From positions 1 to 17,866 of the forward strand of contig NW_021824735.1 of NCBI RefSeq assembly GCF_006345805.1: a stretch of DNA of 17,866 nucleotides. The letters run 5' to 3'. The notes under the pieces are model-generated. The model did not search any database. It was not told the origin of the DNA and was given only the letters and a program-made list of their open reading frames with translations. Source of the DNA: Octopus sinensis (taxonomy: Eukaryota). Position numbers and translations under genes: made by a program. Below are positions 1-8,908 of the stretch, piece after piece; position 1 is the first letter of the stretch; each line of letters opens with the position of its first letter.

Positions 1-355
1 GCTTTCTGTTAACTCTCTGATTAATTTTCGATAAACAACGACTCTTTTTGCTTATTCTTAAAATTTCCTTCGTTATTTCCTGAGAAAATATTACGTTGTC
101 ATTTACAAAAAAACAATCCATCTTATCAGTTTTGTCGTTTTATGCTGTGCCTTCAGTTTTGTGAACTTTTTCCACATTTTTACCCTTCATATTCCCATCT
201 GTAATTATTTCTTCCACATCGGACGGTGAAAGTGCGTACAAAAGCTCAGTATAGTTTAAAAGAAAGTGTTTGCCAATCTATTTGTGATAGTAATCCTTGA
301 AAAATATTTTCTTCCTGAACCTGAGATTTATGGATATATCTCTTATCTTTTTAAA

Positions 356-511
356 TTCTGAGTTCAAATCCACTGTACATTAACTTTGCCCTTCATCCTT
401 TCTGGCTCGATGAAATACTGTGCCGGTGAAAAATGGGGTTGAATAAAATCGACTAGCTTTTAGCCCCTAAAAGTACTTCCGGTGTGTCATTAAAGCTAGT
501 GGCGTTTAAAC
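356..511 (+). mobile_element. Decayed SINE-B fragment (B box, central domain, tail)
   Basis: TTCTGAGTTCAAATCC...ACTTTGCCCTTCATCCTTTC aligns with the more intact copies at 14027-14253 and 8419-8600; the A-box end is missing. Confidence 0.6.
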
Positions 512-582
<71 letters not shown>

Positions 583-677
583 TTATTATTTTTATTATCA
601 TTATTATTATCATCATCATCATCATCATTGTTATTATCATCATCATCATCATTATTATATTATTATTATTATTATTA

Positions 678-720
<43 letters not shown>
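512..720. repeat. Compound trinucleotide microsatellite (ATT)n/(AGT)n/(ATC)n
   Basis: Directly visible. Confidence 0.97.
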
Positions 721-721
<1 letters not shown>

Positions 722-1089
722 GAGTGAGAGAACAGTGCATGCCATCTTGCTCAAAAGGTCCCGAAATAAGGGTTGTTTAAGGATGTTAAACGAAACACTC
801 GCGTTTCCAAGGGTGAATTATTCAAACCCCAAAGAATCCCTCTCAACACATGGCTATGATGCTCCCCCACTACTTCTGCTCGTGATCAGAGATGCACCTA
901 TCGTCACCCACTGAGGGACATGTTCAACTGGATATGACCAAACAACTGACAAGTAAATCTGTGGTATTTGAGCAGAATATTTGCTGTACCACATCTTTTA
1001 CAGCAAGACAAAACAATGTACATGATAACACTTCCAATCAGTTAAGATCACAAGACACGAGAGCCACTGCCTGGTACTGTATCAGGGCA
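721..1089 (-). mobile_element. Internally deleted copy of the ~560-bp (ATT)n-embedded interspersed element
   Basis: Same ends (TGAGTGAGAG...ATCAGGGCA) and body as 5792-6349 but lacks ~190 bp; (ATT)n on both sides; orientation inferred from a putative (AAT)n tail. Confidence 0.8.
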
Positions 1090-1155
1090 TTTATTATTAT
1101 CATTATCATTATTATTATCATTATCATTATTATTATTATATTATTATTATTATTA

Positions 1156-1194
<39 letters not shown>

Positions 1195-1224
1195 GATATT
1201 ATTATTGTTGTTGTTGTTGTTGTA
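1090..1224. repeat. (ATT)n/(ATC)n grading into (GTT)n microsatellite
   Basis: Directly visible. Confidence 0.95.
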
Positions 1225-1248
1225 ATATAAATGTTTTTATTACTATCA

Positions 1249-1270
1249 GCATTAGCAGAAGCAGAATAGA

Positions 1271-1303
<33 letters not shown>

Positions 1304-1433
1304 TAGTAGTAGGAGGAGTAGTAGTAGTAGGAGTAGTAGTAGGAGTAGTAGTAGTAGTAATAGTAGTAGTAGTAGTAATAGTTGTAGTAGCAATGGTAGT
1401 AGCAGCAGTAGCAGTAGTGCTAGCAGTAGCAGA

Positions 1434-1465
<32 letters not shown>

Positions 1466-1523
1466 TTGTAGTAGTTTTAGTAGTAGCGGTAGCAGTAGAG
1501 GCAGCACCAGCATCAGTAGTAGT

Positions 1524-1599
<76 letters not shown>

Positions 1600-1783
1600 A
1601 AAACAGGAGCAGCAGCAGTAGTAGTAGTAGTAGTAGTAGTAGTAACAGCAGCAGCAGCAGTAGTAGTAGTAGTAGTAGTAGTAGTATAGTAGTAGTATAG
1701 TAGCAGCAGCAGCAGCAGTCAGTAGAGTAGTGAGTAGTAGTAGAGTAGTAGTTAGTAGTAGTAGTAGTAACAGCAGCAGCAGC

Positions 1784-1817
<34 letters not shown>

Positions 1818-1850
1818 TTACAGCTGCAGCAGCATCGTCATTATCATTAT
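1249..1850. repeat. Long compound (AGT)n/(AGC)n/(AGG)n microsatellite
   Basis: Directly visible; source of the poly-L/V/A/S ORFs. Confidence 0.95.
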
Positions 1851-2464
1851 ACACACTATCAGTACTAACTTCGTTTATTCCAATGTCACCAATATTGTTA
1901 TCTTCATTCTTATTCAGGGGTTTTGGTTATGGTCCTCGATATAAACGTTTTTCAAGGATTTTTTTTAGCGTTTACATACAGCACAGATAATAAAATAAAT
2001 TAGTTCCCATGACGGAAATAGAATATATTTCTCATTTACCATTATCTGTAATGTGCGGTTCCAGCAATCCTACAGCAATATGAGAATGCCCGTTTTAAAG
2101 AGAGCACTACGTATCGGAAATGGGAAAGGCTGTTTGAGGTTGAGCTTTTTGTTTATATCGTTATGTGGAAAGATAGGAGTAAATGCGTTGCCATTATAAA
2201 GATGAACTTGTTATTTATATCGCATTGAAATCATCTGAAATTGAATTATTGTATAAAGGAAATAGAAATGTACAATCATAAATATACACAACAAGCACAC
2301 ACAAAACAGACGCGTATATGTATACATGCATACATACGTACGCATATATATGTATGTATATATATTGATAATATATAATAGATATATATATAATATAAAT
2401 ATATAAACATAATACATAGGGCAATAATATTTCTAGCACAACGCTTTCCTATTTGAAGCCTCTT

Positions 2465-2468
<4 letters not shown>

Positions 2469-2520
<52 letters not shown>

Positions 2521-2570
2521 TGTGTGTGTGTGTGTGTGTGTTCTGTGTGTGTGTGTGTGTGTGTATATAT
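2469..2570. repeat. (TA)n followed by (TG)n
   Basis: Directly visible. Confidence 0.95.
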
Positions 2571-2572
2571 AT

Positions 2573-2748
2573 TCTTCTATTCTTTTATTGTTTCAGTTAT
2601 TTCAATGCGACCATGCTTTCACCGTCTTTCACAGTCGAACAATTTGACCCCAGGAGTTGTAAGCACACTACATATTATATAGAGCTCTTTTGCCAAACCG
2701 CTAAGTGTCGGCGGGGGGCGGGGGCGGCGCAAACACAGATGCAGAAAT
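2573..2748 (-). mobile_element. Decayed SINE-A 3' half
   Basis: TCTTTTATTGTTTCAGT...GACCATGCT...CTCTTTTGCCAAACCGCTAAG...CAAACACAGA matches 14979-15185. Confidence 0.75.
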
Positions 2749-2760
2749 ACATATATGTAT

Positions 2761-3396
2761 ATAGATATATATAGATATGTATAGATATGTATAGATATGT
2801 ATAGATATATATAATATGTATAGATATATATAGATATGTATAGATATATATAGATATGTATAGATATATATAAGATATGTATAGATATATATAGATATGT
2901 ATAGATATATATAGATATGTATAGATATATATAGATATGTATAGATATATATAGATATGTATAGATATATATAGATATGTATAGATATATATAGATATGT
3001 ATAGATATATATAGATATGTATAGATATATATAGATATGTATAGATATATATAGATATGTATAGATATATATAGATATGTATAGATATATATAGATATGT
3101 ATAGATATATATAGATATGTATAGATATATATAGATATGTATAGATATATATAGATATGTATAGATATATATAGATATGTGTAGATATATATAGATATGT
3201 ATAGATATATATAGATATGTATAGATATATATAGATATATATATAGATATGTATAGATATGTATAGATATGTATAGATATGTATAGATATGTATAGATAT
3301 ATATAGATATGTATAGATATGTATAGATATGTATAGATATATATGTATAGATATGTATAGATATATATAGATATGTATAGATATATATAGATATAT
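2761..3396. repeat. 10-bp unit (ATAGATATAT/ATAGATATGT) array with 20-bp higher-order period
   Basis: Strict alternation of the two units at 2881-3220. Confidence 0.97.
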
Positions 3397-3506
3397 CTTT
3401 TTTTTCAAGAAGAACCGAAACATGTAAAATCTCTCAGAAAATTAAAATGTATCTTATACAATGGCGTTTTCAAACTTTTTTTATAAAAGTACATATATAA
3501 TTGTTG

Positions 3507-3558
3507 AAGGCGGTGCCCCAGCATGGTCACAGCCAAACAAATGACACAGGTAAAGGGC
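3507..3558 (+). mobile_element. SINE-A 3' tip remnant
   Basis: AAGGCGGTGCCCCAGCATGGTCACAG matches AAGGCGGTGCTCCAGCATGGCCGCAG in 16001-16406. Confidence 0.6.
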
Positions 3559-3562
3559 AACG

Positions 3563-4132
3563 TATATATATAGAGAGAGAGATAGATAGATAGATACATA
3601 CATACATGCGTACATACACACATGCATACATGCATACATACATACATACATACATATATACATACATATATACATACATACATACATACATGCATACATG
3701 CGTACATACATGCATACATACATACATACATACATACATGCATACATACATACATGCATACATACATACATACATACATACATGCGTACATACATACATA
3801 CATACATACATGCATACATACATACATACATACATGCATGCATACATACATACATACATACATACATACATACATACATGCATACATGCGTACATACACA
3901 CATGCATACATACATACATACATACATACATACATACATACATACATACATACATACATACATACATGCGTACATACACACATGCATACATACATACATA
4001 CATACATACATACATACATACATACATTCATACATACATACATACATACATACATACATACATACATGTGTACATACACACATGCATACATACATACATA
4101 CATACATACATACATACATACATACATGCATA
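3563..4132. repeat. (TA)(GA)(GATA) lead-in, then ~535 bp (TACA)n array with variant cassettes
   Basis: Directly visible. Confidence 0.97.
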
Positions 4133-4956
4133 CATGCGGTGGGTTAATTGTCGCCATTTTATTATTTTTAATTTTGCACATGCGCATTGTATGCTTTGTT
4201 TCTATTTTGTCGACCACTCCTATAGTAAAAAAACATCACTGTGATACAATTCATTTCAAATTTTAAAGCCATATGCTGTACTGCTTGGCATTCGCGCCGG
4301 AGGCTCCAGTATGAGCGTTTCAGAGTGTTTGAGTGTCAATATGAGATCCGTGCATATACCGAGAGTGATAAAAATCAAACAGCTAATCAACATCATGGTG
4401 TTTGGAGTGATCACTGTTGATAGTGACGTCATGGTTTCATTCATCTTCCAGCACAGCCTCACACACAACAAGGAGGCCTATATCGAGTTCCTGGAGGAGA
4501 TAGAGCTACCCTGGGTCAAGAGGGTGGCTGCTGGACTCTGCACCATGCCACACAATCAAGAGAACCCAGTCATGGCTGTTAGACAATTTCTACAACTACA
4601 CCACTCCTAACATCTGGCCAACTAACTCCCCAGACTAAAATCCCTCTTGATTATTATATATGGGGCACAGTTGAGCGAGAGATCAACAAAACTCCTTGTA
4701 TCACTAAAGATGAACTGAATGCAAGGATTATGGCAGCATTCACCAACTTAACCAAGCATGCCGTCGAGAAGAGTTGCAGGCGATTCTGAAGTCATCTGGA
4801 GGCGATGGTTGAAGTCAATGGGGGTTGTTATTGAATAAACTTACTCCTTAGTATTTGAAGACATTTTTATGTAATTTTGGTAAAATACATCTGTTAAAAC
4901 GAGATGTCAATGTAATTTTCATTTTCGAGTAATTTAGACAACAATACATTCACCGC

Positions 4957-4962
<6 letters not shown>
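4133..4962 (+). mobile_element. Internally deleted Tc1/mariner (DD37D, maT-like) DNA transposon with degenerate TIRs
   Basis: Left end TA|CATGCGGTGGGTTAATTGTCGCC versus reverse complement of right end TA|TAGGGTGCGGTGAATGTATTGTTGTC (15/21 over the core); TA on both sides; transposase remnant inside; second 5' copy at 10084-10272. Confidence 0.85.
4272..4834 (+). pseudogene. Disrupted DD37D transposase
   Basis: Translates ...IMVFGVIT...LPWVKRVAAG, frameshift, DSAPCHT (4534)...IWPTNSPD*NP, +1 frameshift, LDYYIWGTVERE...SCRRF*SHLEAMVEVNG. There are 37 codons between the 2nd and 3rd catalytic Asp; two stops and two frameshifts. Confidence 0.88.
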
Positions 4963-4987
<25 letters not shown>

Positions 4988-4994
<7 letters not shown>

Positions 4995-5089
4995 GAAAAA
5001 AGAACACCTTTTATCAATTCAAAATGAATAATTGAATTACACCATCTAGAAAATAATTGAATTGATAAAAGGTGTTTTTTTCTAATATT
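4988..5089. mobile_element. ~100-bp MITE-like element with 33-35 bp terminal inverted repeats, flanked by (TA)n
   Basis: AATATTAGAAAAAAGAACACCTTTTATCAATTCAA (4988-5022) and TTGAATTGATAAAAGGTGTTTTTTTCTAATATT (5057-5089) are inverted apart from a 2-nt indel. Confidence 0.7.
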
Positions 5090-5177
5090 TTATATATATA
5101 TTATATTGTGTGGAATTTGATTTAGTATTTCTAAATTGAAGTCTTTTTCCTTGTAAGTTTGGATTTTATTCCCTCAA

Positions 5178-5181
<4 letters not shown>

Positions 5182-5212
<31 letters not shown>

Positions 5213-5231
5213 TGTATGTATGTATGTATGT

Positions 5232-5295
<64 letters not shown>
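5182..5295. repeat. (TATG)n abutting (TAGA)n
   Basis: Directly visible. Confidence 0.97.
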
Positions 5296-5316
<21 letters not shown>

Positions 5317-5748
5317 AAAGAGAGAAACTGGAAAAGATGACTACAAATTAAATAATTCTGTAGCCAGCAAATAGATATATATTGCGTTTATATTTTATAT
5401 ATTATAAATTAATATATTGATTAATTACACATACTTTATCTTTCTAGGCTTCAAAGTAATAAGATGAAAGATTATATAATTTATGTCTGTGTAACGTGTC
5501 TACGTGTTTGTGAGCGTGTGTGTGTGTGTGTTTGTGTGTGCGTTTGTGAATGTACAACTTGTGGGTCTTAGTTATTTTTGCTGACATATATAAAATGTCG
5601 TTGAAGCTGTGTACGAATTTTCTCTTTAAACAAGATTAATCATAATGTTCTCTGTCATAAAGAGAGAAACTTTAACGGAACATATTTAAAGTTGGATTCT
5701 AAGAGGGCAGTAGGCACGCTATTATTAGTATTATTATTATTATTATTA

Positions 5749-5791
<43 letters not shown>

Positions 5792-5792
<1 letters not shown>

Positions 5793-6349
5793 GAGTGAGA
5801 GGCAGTGCATGTGCCATCAAAGTGACACTGGGGTAAAATATACGAAGCCCAATTATATCCCCCTGCCATGACTACCCGTCTGATAAGGTCACCATGCACA
5901 TGCATCACAACCATATGTGCGCGACATGGTGATCTCATATCAAGATAAACAGCACATGACCTTGCAGGTGGGGCCCAGTTAGAATTTTCTTCAGATTGAG
6001 TAGCCCATCCCGCTCAAACGGTCCCTGAATAAGGGTTGTTTAAGGATGTTGAAAGAACCACCCATGTTTCCAGAGGTGAACTATTCAACCCCAAAGAATC
6101 CCTCTCAACACATGGCTTGATGCTCCCCCACTACTTCTGCTCGTGATCAGAGATGCACATATTGTCAGCCACGAAGGGACATGCTCAACTGGTTAAGGTC
6201 AAACAACTGACAAGCAAATATGTGGTATTGAGCAGAATATTTGCTGTAGCCCATCTTTTATACCAAGACAAAACAATGTACATGATAACACTTCCAATCA
6301 GTTAAGATCAGAAGCCATGAGAGCCACTGCCTGGTACTGCATCAGGGCA
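5792..6349 (-). mobile_element. Apparently full-length 558-bp non-coding interspersed element embedded in (ATT)n
   Basis: Three related copies in the window (721, 5792, 6683); no TIRs, no clear Pol III boxes, no credible ORF; orientation is inferred. Confidence 0.8.
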
Positions 6350-6381
6350 TTTATTATTATTTATTATTATTATTATTATTA

Positions 6382-6427
<46 letters not shown>

Positions 6428-6428
<1 letters not shown>

Positions 6429-6619
6429 TTGAATTTTGCTTTATATTTGTACAAATTGGCTCCAAGTCTCACCCAGAGACTTCAAGAGACAACAGGTTGG
6501 AAGTTCGTGATGTTGTTATGCCTAGTGTGCCATAAATTTGGTTTTGTATTTTGTGTTGTACTAGGGAATGTCAAAAAATAAACCAAAAAGAACGAAAATT
6601 GTGTTGGTTTTAAAACTTG
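6428..6619 (-). mobile_element. Putative 5'-truncated non-LTR retrotransposon 3' UTR (Dong/R4-like) with (AAT)n tail
   Basis: ~190-bp segment with (ATT)n on both sides; resembles an octopus LINE 3' end from memory; single copy here, so not verifiable within the window. Confidence 0.3.
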
Positions 6620-6627
6620 TATTATTA

Positions 6628-6682
<55 letters not shown>

Positions 6683-6683
<1 letters not shown>

Positions 6684-6900
6684 GAGTGAGAGAGCAGTTC
6701 ATGCCATCAAAGTGACACTGGGGTAAACTATACGAAGCCCAATATACCCATCATGACTACCCGTCTGATAAGGGTACACAAGGCACATGCATCACAACCA
6801 TATGTGCGCGACATGGTGATCTCATATCAAGATAAACAGCACATGACCTTGCAGGTAGGGCCCAGTTAGAAATTTTTTCAGGCTGAGTAGCCCATCCTGC
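6683..6900 (-). mobile_element. Truncated copy of the (ATT)n-embedded element
   Basis: Highly similar to 5792-6013; stops at CCCATCCTGC and resumes (TAT)n. Confidence 0.85.
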
Positions 6901-7026
6901 TATTATTATTATTATTATTATTACCCTCTCCAGTTTTGGGCCAGAGGCCCAATTAGCCCGTCACCGCAGCTAGTTTAAAATTCCACACGGAGAGCGTCTT
7001 TTAAACTAGTGCGTAATATATGCGAA

Positions 7027-7329
7027 GGCGCGTGGCCTAATAGCTAGGCGTAACGCACTCAAGACCGTGAGGTCGTAGTTTCAATACCAGGACCGGCTGT
7101 GCTTTGTGGTCTGGTTCAAAATATTGCATTTCAAATTGCTCCAGATATCATAAGCCGTAAATGGGTAACACTGCGACGGACCGGCTTCCCGATCAAACGG
7201 AATGCAGACCTGCCACCCGCCTAGCTAATATGTTGGCATCATTCGAATGCTAAACTGATGCAAAGTACATCGTGACCAGCGATGTATAACAACCTCCGAT
7301 ACCATGGTGCATCAAATGATCACGTGATA
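7027..7329 (+). mobile_element. Diverged SINE-C (tRNA head plus shared core, tail type 1)
   Basis: A-box-like TGGCCTAATAG, B-box-like GTTTCAATACC, core ATTTCAAATTGCTCCAG...AAATGGGT similar to copies at 7786 and 8607. Confidence 0.6.
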
Positions 7330-7505
7330 CCTATAAATGTGAGGTGTGTATACACACAAGAACAACAAAAACCAAGGCAGGACGAGTATCCTCAACTCCT
7401 TTATATTCGTTTAGATCACCAGTGAACTAAACCCATATATATATATATATATATTATATAATATATATATATAATATATATATATATATAATATATATAT
7501 GTATA

Positions 7506-7666
7506 GGCGCAGGAGTGACTGTGTGATACCAAGCTTGCTTCCTAACCATAGCTTCTAGGTTCATTCCCAATGCGTGGCAACTTGGGCAAGTGTCTTCTGC
7601 AATAGCCTCGAACGACCAAAGCGTTTTGAGTGGATTTGGTAAACGGAAACTGAAAGAAGCCTCGTC
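7506..7666 (+). mobile_element. SINE-A 5' half
   Basis: GGCGCAGGAGTGACTGTGTG...TTGGGCAAGTGTCTTCT...GGAAACTGAAAGAAGCC matches 16001-16163. Confidence 0.9.
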
Positions 7667-7687
7667 ATATATATATATATATGTATA

Positions 7688-7721
<34 letters not shown>

Positions 7722-7785
7722 TATATATATATATAATATATATTATATATATATACATATATATACACACAGAAAGAGATGCTGA

Positions 7786-8104
7786 GACCCCCTTCGGTCA
7801 TGACTGACCATGGGATTGCACCTAGAAAGTTACCCTCCCAGGCACAAGTCCGGGCAAGGTTGTTTATGGAAGCCCAGCAGTCGCCCATGCACACCAGCCT
7901 CCCTTCTCTACGTCACCGATGTTGTCCAAGGGAAAGGCAAGGGCCGATACAGCTTGACACCATTGACGTCGCAACTCATTTCTACAGCTGAGTGAACTGG
8001 AGCAACGTGAAATAAAGTGTTTTGCTCAAGAACACAACACGTAGTCCGTTTCGGAATTCGAACTCACAACATCACGATCGGAAGCTCGATGCTCTAACTA
8101 CTGA
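7786..8104 (-). mobile_element. SINE-C (tail type 2) inserted within the internal (TA)n of a SINE-A
   Basis: Reverse complement reads TCAGTAGTTAGAGC...GAGTTCGAATTCC...TTGAGCAAAACACTTTATTTCACGTTGCTCCAG; (TA)n on both sides. Confidence 0.8.
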
Positions 8105-8136
8105 TATATAGATATATATATATAGATATATAAGCT

Positions 8137-8354
8137 TGTGTGTATTTGAATGTCTGTGTTTGTACCCCAAGGTCTGTGTTTGTCCCACCAACTTCGCTTG
8201 ATGTTGTGCTAAAGTCCCCGTAACCTAGCGTTTTGGCAAAACAGACCGACAGAACAAGTACTAGGTTTACAAAGAATGAGTCCTGAGGTCTGGTTGATCG
8301 TCTACAGGCGGTAATCTAGCATGGTCGTAGTCAAAGGACTAAAACAAGCAAAAG
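8137..8354 (+). mobile_element. SINE-A 3' half (continuation of 7506-7666)
   Basis: GTCTGTGTTTGTCCC...GGCAAAACAGACCGACAGAACAAGTACTAGG...GGCGGTAATCTAGCATGG matches 16200-16406; 20-bp tandem duplication at 8152-8192. Confidence 0.8.
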
Positions 8355-8418
8355 TAGAAGAAAGAATATAGATAGTGTTCCCTATAAAACGAATGACTTT
8401 AATATAACGTAAAATCAA

Positions 8419-8600
8419 GGCGGCGGGATGGCAGTATGGTTAACCCGCCGGGCATAATGCTTAGTAGTATTTCGTCTGTCCGCACGTTCTGAGTTCAAAT
8501 TCCGCCCAGGTCGACTTTGCCTTTTATCCTTTTGAAGTCTATAAAATAAATATCAGTTGAATACTAGGGGTCGATTTTCCCTTGTGTCAAAATCTGAAAC
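8419..8600 (+). mobile_element. SINE-B
   Basis: GGCGGCGGGATGGCAG...GTTCTGAGTTCAAATTCCGCC...GTCGACTTTGCCTTTTATCC matches 14027-14180. Confidence 0.85.
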
Positions 8601-8606
8601 CGTTAA

Positions 8607-8908
8607 GGCGCATCACTTAGTGGTTAGGCAAGTCATTTCACGATCGGAAGGTCTGATTTCGATTCCCGACGGCGCGATGTCCTTGATCAAGTCACTTTAT
8701 TTCATGTTTCAACGGGTTCAATCAGCTAGCAAAAATTAGTTGTACCTGTTTTGCAAAGGGCCAAACGTATCACAATTGGTGTCAGGTTGAATCTCCCTGA
8801 GAAATACATCAAGGATATTTTTGACTGTGGAGTACCCGTCCCCTTGCCCACTATATGCACGGGCAGGCTGTTCCGTTCATCGGTTCAAACGTAACACACT
8901 TCGTCACA
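8607..8908 (+). mobile_element. SINE-C (tail type 3)
   Basis: GGCGCATCACTTAGTGG A-box region, ATTTCGATTCCC B-box region, core TCCTTGATCAAGTCACTTTATTTCA. Confidence 0.7.

Noticed and set aside
2710-2727. G-rich run GGCGGGGGGCGGGGGCGG as G-quadruplex or Sp1 promoter
   Set aside because: It sits where SINE-A has its short C/G run, so it is most simply a local expansion; at best a two-tier G4
2761-3396. CRISPR-like array
   Set aside because: Head-to-tail tandem units without unique spacers in a eukaryotic context
484-4266. Long ORFs (poly-L/V/Y/I/N, YISIHI, MYVC, HTYI repeats; up to 270 aa)
   Set aside because: They are translations of tri-, tetra- and decanucleotide repeats that lack stops in some frames; no coding signal
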